Shown piece after piece: positions 8,767 through 19,300 of a stretch of DNA of 64,000 nt; the first letter of the stretch is position 1, and the number at the start of each line of letters is the position of its first letter. Source of the stretch: an uncultured Clostridium sp. (GTDB lineage: Bacteria; Bacillota; Clostridia; TANB77; CAG-508); NCBI GenBank assembly GCA_948472955.1, contig CAOKVW010000001.1, positions 40,226 through 104,225 of the forward strand, read 5' to 3'. The position numbers and the translations under genes are program-made. The notes beneath the pieces are model-generated. The model did not search any database, was not told the origin of the DNA, and saw only the letters and a list, made by a program, of their open reading frames with translations.

Positions 8767-10656
8767 TTATTTAAATTTGTATTCATATCCAGTTATTTTT
8801 GACCTAACACCCATTACACGCCAATTTTCACCTACAGATTGACCATATGCATTTTCTGGAAGTTTTAGCTTAAACTCAAACAATCCTCCCTTTGTAGTAT
8901 CGAAAACCCAGATACGCGGAATACCAGTCCCTGACTCAGACTCAGAAATATGATTTAACTTCACACCATTAAGATAGGCTCCTTCAACCATACCACCAAT
9001 ACTACTGGAACTAGATTTCCAATATAATCTAATTTCAGTATTAGCAGGAAGATTAGCACTTAATGAATCTCTATATTGGTTGGTATTTTGACCACTTATA
9101 CTAACTTCCGTTTTAGAGAAAATAATCGGTTTTTCTTCCCAAATTGCGTACAAAGTAGTATTCGCATTTGCAGTATATACCGTACTAACGGCTGTTGTTG
9201 CATTTGGACTTGTTCCCCATCCTTTAAATACATGTCCTTCTTTTGTAGGTACTGTCGTAGTATTTAATGTTAAATCTGTTCCTTCTATTTTTGTATCAGG
9301 ATTTGGTGCTCCTGTTCCTCCATTGGCATTATACGTCACTGTATAAGTTGCTTTTATTTTTGCTGTCACAGTTCCTATTGTTCTATTTCCTGCTTTATCT
9401 TTTGCTTCAACTGTTATGGTGTAATTGATATCTTTATTTAAATTACTATCAAATGTATAATTTCCATCTGCCTGATATGATGTCCAATCTCCATCTCCTA
9501 ACTTAAATCTGTATCCCTCTTTTTCATGGATTCCACTACATCCACTTAGGTTTGTTTCTTCCTGGTCTGTTGTATTTGCTGTTACTGTTATACTATTGGT
9601 TGTACTTTCTGCTGTTAGCGTCGTCTTATTAAATGCCACTGGTGGTAAAGTATCTATATTTTTTACATTTATTGTTGCATACCCTCCCACTTGTTTTGCA
9701 CTATCTTTCAATCTAACATAGATTACTCCATTATTGCTAAATGTTTTCCCCTCTGTATATGGTTTCCAATTGCTTTCTACGGTTGGGTCTCCTATTGCAT
9801 ATTCCATTGTGAATCCTGTGATTTTTGTATTGACTGTTACCGTTACAGGATTTGGGGTCCATGCTTTTGTAGTATAGTCTACCTCTATATTATTTTTGGT
9901 TGGATTTTCCTCATCATATATTAAACCTTCTATATTTCCTATCTTTATTTCTTTGCTATATTCTGTTGTCTTTCCATTTTTGGCTTTTGCTATGATTTGT
10001 ATTTGATATGTCTCTCCTTGTACTAGTGTATCATACGTATACGTATATTGTCTTCCTGTTTGTGTCCCTGACTCTGTGTTTTTTAAACTGTATTCTGTAT
10101 CCTCTTTTCCTTTTAGATAAAATTCTAATACTCCTCCATCATTTCTTCTTGTTGTTACTTCTACTGTTATCGAATTGGTTGTATTACTTATTTTTGCTAT
10201 TTCTACTGCTGGTGGTAATTCCTTTGGATCATTTCCTATATAGTCTATCTTTATGTCTCCATCTTCTGTTTTATTAATTCCATATATATATTTCCCTTTT
10301 GCTATCACAACTGCATCCGCATTGTATGTTTCATAAGTTGACTTCTCATATTCTGTTACAATGTCATTCATTCCTGATTCTTTTAATTTATTTACTTCAG
10401 TTAAATATTCTTCTATTGTAATAGCTCCTCCTGATTTTTTTATTTTGGCATTTAATTGTGCTATTTTTAACTGCTCCTCAATTTCTGCTTTTTCTGTCTC
10501 TTCCTTTGCTTCTTGTGCTTTTGTCAAAATTCCATTATCTCCTGTTAAAGTTGCCATACTTACTGCTGCTAAAATTAATAATATGATAATCGTTATTACT
10601 AAGGCAATTAATGTGATACCATTTTCATTATTCGTTTTATTTGCTTCTTTTTTCAT
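8767..10656 (-). CDS. Large (629 aa) surface protein with a type IV prepilin-like N-terminus and Listeria-Bacteroides (Flg_new) repeat / FN3-like beta domains
   Basis: N-terminal 'NENG|ITLIALVITIIILLILAAV' prepilin cleavage/methylation-like segment. 'TYTVTYNANGGTG...GHVFKGWGTSPN' Flg_new repeat. Confidence 0.6.
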   Translation of the reverse strand: MKKEANKTNNENGITLIALVITIIILLILAAVSMATLTGDNGILTKAQEAKEETEKAEIEEQLKIAQLNAKIKKSGGAITIEEYLTEVNKLKESGMNDIVTEYEKSTYETYNADAVVIAKGKYIYGINKTEDGDIKIDYIGNDPKELPPAVEIAKISNTTNSITVEVTTRRNDGGVLEFYLKGKEDTEYSLKNTESGTQTGRQYTYTYDTLVQGETYQIQIIAKAKNGKTTEYSKEIKIGNIEGLIYDEENPTKNNIEVDYTTKAWTPNPVTVTVNTKITGFTMEYAIGDPTVESNWKPYTEGKTFSNNGVIYVRLKDSAKQVGGYATINVKNIDTLPPVAFNKTTLTAESTTNSITVTANTTDQEETNLSGCSGIHEKEGYRFKLGDGDWTSYQADGNYTFDSNLNKDINYTITVEAKDKAGNRTIGTVTAKIKATYTVTYNANGGTGAPNPDTKIEGTDLTLNTTTVPTKEGHVFKGWGTSPNATTAVSTVYTANANTTLYAIWEEKPIIFSKTEVSISGQNTNQYRDSLSANLPANTEIRLYWKSSSSSIGGMVEGAYLNGVKLNHISESESGTGIPRIWVFDTTKGGLFEFKLKLPENAYGQSVGENWRVMGVRSKITGYEYKFK

Positions 10657-10868
10657 AAAAATCTCCTCTATTTTTTATTATTCTCTCTATATTCTAAAAT
10701 ATACACAACATTTTCATCGTATTTTTAAAATTATTTTATACCTTATTAAATTTTAAGTCAATATGTAACAACAAAAATATTGCTCTTTTTTGATTTGTTT
10801 TGTAATATAATAATAAAAAATAGCTTAAATTGAGGTACTCTTATTTTAAAAATAAAAGTACCTCTATT

Positions 10869-13517
10869 TTATATTTTTTTCGCCATAGACATGGCACTTA
10901 TTTTTTCTTCATAAATTATATTCTTACCCTTTGACTCATTTAACTTTTTCTGTAATTCCATAATCGGAATTGGTAACAAAGAAATGATAATGGTAATCAT
11001 CCATTGGATTTGATTTAGCGGAATTAATTTGAAAATTTCTGCTAATGCTGGTATCAGTACAACGGATATTTGTACAAGAGTTCCAATGATGAAACTTCCG
11101 ATTAAAAATTTATTTTCCAAAATACCTATTTTAAAGATAGATTGTTCACTTTTTATATTAAAACTGTGGACAAGTTCTAGTAATCCCATACAAAGGAATG
11201 CCATCGTTCTTCCTACTTCTAAGCCAAAAAATTTATTTCCTAGACTAAAGGCAACTAATGTCAACATACCAATCATAATTCCTTCTACCACAATTTTATT
11301 CCATAAGCCATCCGCAAAAATTCCTTTTTGACGACTCACTGGTTTTCGACTCATAATGTTTTTTTCCGGTGGTTCTAAACCAATTGCAATAGCTGGTAAC
11401 GAATCGGTTACTAGATTAATCCATAATAATTGAATCGCAAGTAAAGGTGATTTTAATCCTAATACTAATCCCATAAATATGGTTACAATTTCTCCTATAT
11501 TGGTAGCAATTAAGAAATGAATCGCTTTTTTGATATTATCATAAATATTTCTTCCCTGTTTTACGGCTTCTACAATGGTTACAAAATCATCATCAGCTAA
11601 CACCATATCTGCTGCATTTTTGGCGACATCTGTTCCATTCTTTCCCATTGCGATTCCAATATCTGCATTTTTCAAAGCTGGGCTATCATTGACCCCATCT
11701 CCTGTCATGGCTACTACCGCTCCCGTACTTTGCCATGCTTTGACAATTCTTACTTTATGTTCTGGTGTCACTCTTGCAAATACCGCATAATCCGCTATGT
11801 TCTTTTGTAATTCTTTTTGTGGTATTTTATCTAACTCTTGCCCTGTGATGGCTTTATCTTTTGCCTTTAAGATGTTTAGGTCTTTTGCAATTGCTTTTGC
11901 TGTCGCTATATGGTCACCTGTTATCATAACGGTTTTGATGCCTGCTTTTTTACAAGTCTTTACCGCTTCTTTTACGCCTTCTCTTGGTGGGTCTATCATA
12001 CCAATTAATCCCACAAAAATTAGGTTACTTTCAATGGTATTGGTATCTATTTTTTGTGGCAAAGAATCTAAATCTTTATAACCTACTGCTATCACTCTTA
12101 ACGCTTTTTGTGCCATTTTTTCATTTTCTTTTTGTATTTGTGCTTTTTGTAGAATGGAATTTTGTCCCAATTTTCCATTGATTTGCTTTTGACATCTTTC
12201 TAAAAGAACATCTGGTGCTCCCTTTGTAATGATTCTATATTTATTTCCTATTTTATGGATGGTAGTCATCATTTTTCGATTAGAATCAAAGGGAATTTCA
12301 TTGACTCTTGGCATCGCTTGATACAATTGATTTTTGTCTTTGCCATTGTGAAAACCTTCTTTTACAATAGCTGTCTCTGTTGGCTCGCCACTTATTTCTA
12401 GCTTTCCTTCCCTGTATAAAAGATGACAATCCGTACACATACAGCTAAGTTCTCTCGTTAAATTGACATCTTCGCTATGGATTTCTACTACTTTCATTTT
12501 GTTTTGCGTTAAAGTTCCTGTTTTATCGGAACAAATTACAGAAGAATTTCCTAAAGTTTCTACTGCTGGCAACTTTCTAATAATACTATTCTTTTTTGCC
12601 ATTTTGGTAACGCCAATGGATAGCATAATGGTTACAATAGCTGGTAATCCTTCTGGTATTGCTGCTACAGCTAATCCGACTGACGTCATAAACATTTCAA
12701 TTGGGTCAATTTTTTTGATTAATCCAATTCCAAAAATGATAAAGCAAATGACTAAACATACAATTCCTAATATTTTTCCCACTTGTGCTAATTTTCTCTG
12801 AATCGGCGTTTCCGGTGCTTCATCTTCTATTATCATATTGGCAATTTTACCAACTTTTGTGTTCATTCCTGTTTCTGTTACAACTGCTTTCCCATGTCCA
12901 TTGACTACAATGCTTGCCATAAATGCCATATTATTTCTATCTCCCAATGGGATATCTGGTTTGCAAATTTTGTCCGCATCTTTTAGCACTGGCTCAGTTT
13001 CTCCTGTTAGGCTAGACTCTTCTATTTTTAGATTAAAACTTTCTAAAATTCTGCTATCAGCTGGCACATAGTTTCCTGCCTCTAATAAGATAATATCTCC
13101 TGGTACGATTTCATCTGCATGAATTTCATTGGTAATGCCATCTCTTATTACCTTTGCTTTCATAGGTGTCATCTCTTGCAAAGCTTCTATCGACTTTTCT
13201 GCTTTGGCTTCTTGTACTACTCCCATAATAGCATTTAAAACGACAATGGCTATGATTATAATCGAGTCTATGTAATCGTTTTCTCCTTGTATATTGGAAA
13301 TAACAGCTGAAACAATAGAAGCAATGATGAGAATGATAATCATAAAGTCATTGAATTGTTTGATAAATTTCATAAAAATACTTTCTTTCGGCTTGTCTTC
13401 TAATTTGTTTTTTCCATATTCTTGTTGTCTTTTTTTGACCTCTTCCTCACTTAGTCCTTCTTTTCTGTCTGTTCCTATTTTTTTTAGAATTTCTTCTTTT
13501 CTTAACGTTTCCCACAT
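10869..13517 (-). CDS. Calcium-translocating P-type ATPase (PMCA/SERCA-type, IIA/IIB)
   Basis: 'CSDKTGTLT', 'TGDGVNDSPALK', 10 TM helices, N-terminal cation-ATPase domain. Confidence 0.9.
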   Translation of the reverse strand: MWETLRKEEILKKIGTDRKEGLSEEEVKKRQQEYGKNKLEDKPKESIFMKFIKQFNDFMIIILIIASIVSAVISNIQGENDYIDSIIIIAIVVLNAIMGVVQEAKAEKSIEALQEMTPMKAKVIRDGITNEIHADEIVPGDIILLEAGNYVPADSRILESFNLKIEESSLTGETEPVLKDADKICKPDIPLGDRNNMAFMASIVVNGHGKAVVTETGMNTKVGKIANMIIEDEAPETPIQRKLAQVGKILGIVCLVICFIIFGIGLIKKIDPIEMFMTSVGLAVAAIPEGLPAIVTIMLSIGVTKMAKKNSIIRKLPAVETLGNSSVICSDKTGTLTQNKMKVVEIHSEDVNLTRELSCMCTDCHLLYREGKLEISGEPTETAIVKEGFHNGKDKNQLYQAMPRVNEIPFDSNRKMMTTIHKIGNKYRIITKGAPDVLLERCQKQINGKLGQNSILQKAQIQKENEKMAQKALRVIAVGYKDLDSLPQKIDTNTIESNLIFVGLIGMIDPPREGVKEAVKTCKKAGIKTVMITGDHIATAKAIAKDLNILKAKDKAITGQELDKIPQKELQKNIADYAVFARVTPEHKVRIVKAWQSTGAVVAMTGDGVNDSPALKNADIGIAMGKNGTDVAKNAADMVLADDDFVTIVEAVKQGRNIYDNIKKAIHFLIATNIGEIVTIFMGLVLGLKSPLLAIQLLWINLVTDSLPAIAIGLEPPEKNIMSRKPVSRQKGIFADGLWNKIVVEGIMIGMLTLVAFSLGNKFFGLEVGRTMAFLCMGLLELVHSFNIKSEQSIFKIGILENKFLIGSFIIGTLVQISVVLIPALAEIFKLIPLNQIQWMITIIISLLPIPIMELQKKLNESKGKNIIYEEKISAMSMAKKI

Positions 13518-13576
13518 AATCTTCTCTCCTTTGTGCTTGATTTTGTTACTTCTCAGTCTTTCTCTATTTTGGTAAC

Positions 13577-13708
13577 AAAAGTTTATCTATTTTTTATGAA
13601 GTAACAATTCGGGGGGACCAACAAATTATAGACTGTTACAAAATTAAAAATTTTGTTTACAGTCTGTTATGCAGTTGAGAGTTACAAATAAAAAATAGAT
13701 AAACTTTT
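13577..13708. repeat. Palindromic MITE-like repeat element, copy 1 (21-bp perfect terminal inverted repeats, internal hairpin)
   Basis: aaaagtttatctattttttat...ataaaaaatagataaactttt. About 85% identical to 20014-20132. Confidence 0.7.
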
Positions 13709-13819
13709 GTTATTAAAATCAAATTGACTTATTGTAACTAAAATTTATTAAATTCTATGTGGCTTGTACTAGTTTTATGATAAAATTAAAAAAGAAAAAT
13801 ACAAAAGATTTTTCTTTTA

Positions 13820-15088
13820 TTAATCTTTTAGACAACCTATTGGGACAATCATTATTCCATTTTCAGTGGTATAGGCCATATCTGTACCTGTTATTATCAT
13901 TAAAAATTCTGGTTCTCCTATTTTAGGCTGATTTTCTAATATTAATTTTTTTAATGTTAGTAAATGTTCTTCTGCTTCTTTTATTCTTGTTCCTCCAAGT
14001 TTAGTTTCTACTAGTGCATATTTACCATTATCAAAATGAATAATATTATCACATTCTAAATTATACCTATCTCTATAATGTTTTAAAGTTCCTCCTATTG
14101 CATTAACATATACACTTAAATCCCTATTTACTAAATTTTCAAATAATAGTCCATATGTCCTAATATCTAACATAATCTCTTTAGGAGAACAATCTAAAGC
14201 TGCTACTGCTAATGATGGATCAATCATGCTCTTTTTAGATGAAGTCCTTATTGCTGTTTTACTTCTTATATTTGGATTCCAAGCCTCTATCTCTTCTATA
14301 ATATATAATTTTTTTAAGGTCTCTAAATAATCCATGATAGTTCTATCGCTTATATCTGAATAATTTGCCTTTACATCATCATATAAAGATTGATTAGAAT
14401 CAATTGTTGATACTTGTCTTGCATAAGATTTTAAAATAGCTTTTGCAAGTATTGGGTTTCTTTTTACACCATCTATTCTTGAAATATCTGAATGGCATAA
14501 TACGTCTATATAATTTTTTGCTATTTGTAAGGCCTGTTTTTCTGGTAAATTGATTGCATTAGGCCATCCTCCACGGCAAAGAACATAGGCAATTCTCTCA
14601 TATGTTAAATCTGTTTTTATGCCATCAATATTTCTATTTCCCTTCACTATATTACTTAAAGATATTTTACCATTTGAATCTCCACTTTCAAATAAAGTCA
14701 TAGGCTTCATTGTTATAAACGCAAATCTTCCAACACCGCTATGAATGGTATCATCTTCAGTAGGGGTGGCAGAGCCTGTAAGAATATATTGATTGGGAAG
14801 ACCAATGTTATCAACTGAATATCTAACTGCATTCCATAATTTAGGAACTAATTGCCATTCATCAATTAATCTTGGTTTATCTCCTTCTAGTAATAAAGAT
14901 GGTTTCGTATTAGCAAGTTCTATATAATTTTCTTGTAAATCAGGATTTTGCATTTCCAATACACTTTTTGCAATTTGCTTGGCACTTGTAGTTTTACCAC
15001 ACCATTTTGGACCTTTTATAAGGATTGCTCCCATAACTGATAACTTTTCTTTTATTTCTTTATCAATGATTCTATTAATATATTTCAT
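13820..15088 (-). CDS. AAA-family ATPase with C-terminal DUF4143
   Basis: 'ILIKGPKWCGKTT' Walker A. C-terminal 'FLMIITGTDMAYTTENGIMIVPIGCL' typical of DUF4143 ATPases. Confidence 0.8.
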   Translation of the reverse strand: MKYINRIIDKEIKEKLSVMGAILIKGPKWCGKTTSAKQIAKSVLEMQNPDLQENYIELANTKPSLLLEGDKPRLIDEWQLVPKLWNAVRYSVDNIGLPNQYILTGSATPTEDDTIHSGVGRFAFITMKPMTLFESGDSNGKISLSNIVKGNRNIDGIKTDLTYERIAYVLCRGGWPNAINLPEKQALQIAKNYIDVLCHSDISRIDGVKRNPILAKAILKSYARQVSTIDSNQSLYDDVKANYSDISDRTIMDYLETLKKLYIIEEIEAWNPNIRSKTAIRTSSKKSMIDPSLAVAALDCSPKEIMLDIRTYGLLFENLVNRDLSVYVNAIGGTLKHYRDRYNLECDNIIHFDNGKYALVETKLGGTRIKEAEEHLLTLKKLILENQPKIGEPEFLMIITGTDMAYTTENGIMIVPIGCLKD

Positions 15089-15238
15089 AAACTTTCCTCC
15101 TACCTATATTATACACATATTTTAATATTATTTCAATGTTTTGTGGTTATTTATTTTAATATTTTGTGGCTATTTACTTCAATATTTTGTGATAACAAAT
15201 TTCTTTTTTCGACATATGATACTTTAGGAGGTGTTTTT

Positions 15239-15883
15239 ATGTTAATCAATTCGCTAATTTTAGCACTTTCTAGTAGCATTGATTCTCTTGGCATTGGAAT
15301 TACATATGGAATTAAAAATACTAAGATTTCTTATATGGGAAAAGTTGTATTATTTGCCATTTCGTTTTCAATTTCTATTCTAGCTGTTTGGTTTGGCGAT
15401 GTAATGAAAAATATTTTTTCTGATTTTACAACTAAATTAATGGGAAATATCATTTTAATTGCTATGGGTGGATTTATTTGCTTTCAAGCAATTCATAAAA
15501 AAGAAATCAAAAACAAAACGAATAAAAAAGATGAAAAAATCTATCATTTTTTTATTGATTTTTTAGGGATTACCATCAAAATTATTAAAAATCCTTCTTC
15601 TTCTGATTTGGATTCTTCTAATTCAATTGATAGTAAAGAAGCACTGTTTTTGGGTGTTGCCCTTTCTTTGGATTGTTTTTGCATTGGTATGGGAGGTAGT
15701 ATGATTGGAGTAAGTCCTTTGCTTTTTCCTTTGTTTATTTCTATTTTTCAACTCGTATTTTTAAATATGGGTCATATACTTGGAAAAAAACTCTACCAAC
15801 TAAGTGATTTGCCAGATAATACTTGGTCTGTTATTTCTGGTATTTTATTGGTTTTTATAGGTTTACTGCGATTTGTTTTTTGA
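15239..15883 (+). CDS. MntP/DUF204-repeat membrane protein (sporulation protein YtaF-like, putative Mn2+ efflux family)
   Basis: Two DUF204-like halves ('SIDSLGIGITYG' and 'SLDCFCIGMGGS'). GGAGGTG RBS 7 nt upstream of the ATG at 15239. Confidence 0.65.
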   Translation: MLINSLILALSSSIDSLGIGITYGIKNTKISYMGKVVLFAISFSISILAVWFGDVMKNIFSDFTTKLMGNIILIAMGGFICFQAIHKKEIKNKTNKKDEKIYHFFIDFLGITIKIIKNPSSSDLDSSNSIDSKEALFLGVALSLDCFCIGMGGSMIGVSPLLFPLFISIFQLVFLNMGHILGKKLYQLSDLPDNTWSVISGILLVFIGLLRFVF

Positions 15884-15926
15884 CTTTTAATTGTTTTATG
15901 TTACTATAAAAGTATATTTATTGCTA

Positions 15927-15998
15927 GGTTGGGTAGCTCAAAAGGTAGAGCATTGGATTGCAATTCTAAGGTTATAGGTTCGATTCCTATCCCAGCCA
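15927..15998 (+). tRNA. tRNA-Cys (anticodon GCA). CCA not encoded.
   Basis: Manual cloverleaf: acceptor ggttggg/cccagcc, D-arm gctc-aaaaggta-gagc, anticodon loop ttGCAat, T-arm atagg-ttcgatt-cctat. Confidence 0.85.
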
Positions 15999-16000
15999 TT

Positions 16001-16022
16001 ACCAGATGTTTTTTTATCTGGT
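16001..16022 (+). terminator. Hairpin plus T-run immediately after tRNA-Cys
   Basis: accagat gttttttt atctggt. Confidence 0.45.
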
Positions 16023-16044
16023 AAATAAATAAAAGGAGGACTTT

Positions 16045-16233
16045 ATGATTTTTCATGATGGCAGAGGAATTGCAATTTCTGCAAATCCTGTTAGCTTGCA
16101 AAATGCTGCTGACCATCTTAATTGGTTAGCAAAAGGTTCAATTAATACGGAGACTTCTGCCTTGTATTTACAGGCAAGGAATTCTTATTCATTATTGAAC
16201 AATTGTAAGCACACTATTAACGGAACAGCATAA
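16045..16233 (+). CDS. Small hypothetical protein (62 aa) with a strong RBS, followed by a bidirectional terminator
   Basis: AAAAGGAGGA RBS 7 nt upstream. Sits between the tRNA and the terminator. Confidence 0.4.
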   Translation: MIFHDGRGIAISANPVSLQNAADHLNWLAKGSINTETSALYLQARNSYSLLNNCKHTINGTA

Positions 16234-16240
16234 TTCCTCA

Positions 16241-16283
16241 AAAGACCAGCTTATAACATGCAAATGTTGTAAGCTGGTCTTCA
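16241..16283. terminator. Bidirectional rho-independent terminator between the small plus-strand ORF and smc
   Basis: About 16-bp stem aagaccagcttataac / gttgtaagctggtctt. Confidence 0.6.
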
Positions 16284-16317
16284 CTTAATTGGTTATTTCT
16301 TATATTTCACATTCTAT

Positions 16318-19300
16318 CTACCCCAATTTCATAGACAATAACTTTGAAATACCATTCTCCTCCATTGTCACACCATATACCGTATCTGCTGCTTCCATAG
16401 TACCTTTTCTATGGGTAATCACTAAGAATTGTGTATCCTTCGAAAATTTCTTTAAATATTCAGCAAATCGATATACATTCACGTCGTCAAGTGCTGCCTC
16501 AATTTCGTCTAATACACAGAAGGGAGCAGGATTGATTTTTAAAATGGCAAATAGCAAAGCAATTGCTGTAAATGCTTTCTCCCCACCAGACAGTAGCATC
16601 ATATTTTGTAGTTTCTTTCCTGGTGGTTGTACATGAATATCAATACCACATTCTAAGATATTTTCCTCATCTTCTAGTTTTAAAGAAGCATTTCCTCCAC
16701 CAAACAATTCCTTGAACACTTCTTCAAAATTTTGGTTGATGATAACAAATTGTTTTTTAAACTGCTCCTTCATGGTAGTTGTCATTTCTGTAATGATTTT
16801 TCTCAACTTACTCAATGTATCTTCTAAGTCTACTCTTTGTTCACACATAAAGTCATATCTTTCCCTCATTGCTTTATATTCTTCTATCGAATCTACATTA
16901 ACACTTCCCAATTCTTTGATTTCTGTTCGTAAGCCATTTACTTTTTTCTGGGTGAAAGCTACATTATCAGGCTTTTTGTATTCTCCCACTTGGTTTGGCG
17001 TTAATTCATATTCTTCCCACATCTTATTAATAATCATGTTGATGTCATCTTCTAATTTTGTCTTTTTGACATCAATTTTTACAATTTGTGCTTTTAAGTC
17101 CTCTATTGTTTTAAATTTGCTAGTAATTTCTTCTTCTTGTTTAGAAAGTTTCTGGTTTTTATCGACTCTTTCTTGCTTTAGTTTTTCGATTTTAGCTCCG
17201 CTATTTTGTACGTCTTTTTTAATGTTAACAATTTTATCGTTAATTTCTTCAATAGACTCTTTCAATTCAAAATTATCATGAATAATTTGCTCAATTTGTT
17301 CTTTTTTATTGGCAATACTTTTGTTAGCTGTTTCAATTTCTTGTTTGATTCTTTCTTGTATTTCTTCCATTGATGCTTCACTTTCGTCAAAAGAAGAAAC
17401 GGAAATTTTTAAATTCGTAATATCAAAATTCAAATCATCTACATATTTTTGATTGTCTTTATTTAATTCTGCAAATTCAGAAATAATGGTGGTTAGCTTT
17501 TCGGTCTCCTCTGTTAATTCTTGTATTTTCTGATTGATATTTTCTTTTGTTTCAGTTGCTCCTTGTTTCTGTTTTTCTAAGTTTTCCTGCTCTTCTTTTA
17601 ATTTGTTTAAACGGGTTTCAATTCTAGTAATATTTTCATCTATGGCTATTACTTTTTGTTTTTCTGTCGCATACGTAATGTCAATTTCTTGCAATTCTTT
17701 TTCTAAACTAGTCGCATTTTCTAAGGTCTCTTCGATAGAATCTTCGTAGTCCTTTTTTTCTTTTTCCAATTGTTCAATCTTAGTCTTTAATTTCTTGATT
17801 TCTTTTTCTAATTTTTCAATTTCTCTTCCTCTTCCTAGAATATTGACTGTTTTTTTCGCTACTGAACCTCCTGTAATGCTACCAGAAGCATTGATAACAT
17901 CTCCTTCTAAAGTGATAATACGGAAGGAGTAACCATTTTGTTTTGCCACTTTAATGGCTGTATCCATGTTATCTACAATAATCGTTCTTCCTAACAAACT
18001 AATTACAATTTGTTCATATTTTTTGTGATAATTGATTAGGTCTGAAGCAATACCAATTAAACCTTTTTCGTTTCCTTTGATTTTGTCTAACTTTTTCCCT
18101 CTAACGGATGTAATTGGTAAAAAAGAGGCTCTTCCCAAATTATTTTTTCTTAAATGCTCTACTAATTTTTTAGCATCGGTTTCTGTCTCTGTTACAATAT
18201 TTTGTAAGCTTGCTCCTAAACACATTTCAATCGCTGTTTGGTATTCTTCTGGCACTTCAATAACATTGGCTAATACCCCATGCATTCCTTTTCCTAAGTC
18301 TTTGATAGTTTCACAATCTTTTAAAAGAGATTTTACACTTTTGATATATCCCTCTTTTTCTTTTTCGGTTTCGATTAAAAATTTTAATTTTGATTCCTTA
18401 ATTCTCATTTCACTTTGATAAGCATGAATGTTATTTTGATAGTTCTCTATTTTTTTGTCCGCTTCTTCTTTCATTGTCTGGATTTCTTCCATCGATTTTA
18501 CAACTTTATTTCTCTTACTATCAATTTCGTAAAATTCTTTTGCGATTTCATCTTTTTTCAGTCTTGTATTATCCAATTCGGATATGTAATTGGCAATTTC
18601 TGTTTTGATTTGATGTTGTCTCTTTTCGTAGTTTTCATAGTTAATGTCTTGCGTATGGCTATCTGCCTGTAACTCGTATTTTTGGTCTGTATTTTTTTCT
18701 ACTTGTGCTTTGTAACCTTCTATTTCTAGCTCTTTGCTTGATAATTTTTGGGTTATTTTCGCTAATTCTTCTTCTTTTTCTTGCAATTCTTTTTCAAATT
18801 TTTCTTTATTTTTCTTTAAATTAACCTTTTTTTCTTCCCTTTGCTTCCTTTCTTCTTCTAATTCTTGTTGCTTTAACGTGGCTTCTTGTATTTCTTTTTC
18901 AAATCGTTCTTTGTTTTCTTGGTTATTGTGAATTCTAGTATTGGCTACATTAATGTCTGAATGTAACATCTCAATTTCTTTTTGACTAGCAAACCCTGAG
19001 TTTGACATTTCTTCGATTTGGTTGGTTATTTCTTCTACTTGTGTTTTTAATTCTTCTTTTAATTGTTTAATTCTTTCGAGTTTTTCTTCCTCTTCTTTAC
19101 ATTGAGAGTTGTAAATTTCTTCATCCTTTACAATTTCTGCTAAACTAGTTTTATATTTTTCGATGTTATATAAAAATAGCCCTATTTCGATGCTTTTTAA
19201 TTCCTCTTTTAAGCTGAGATATTTTTTTGCTTTTTCCGCTTGTGCTTTTAATGGTTCGATATTACTTTCAATTTCTGCTAAAATATCATTGATACGAAGT

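Noticed and set aside
15904-16116. ORF 15904-16116(-)
   Set aside because: It overlaps tRNA-Cys and the terminator. The tRNA cloverleaf is clear, so the ORF is spurious.
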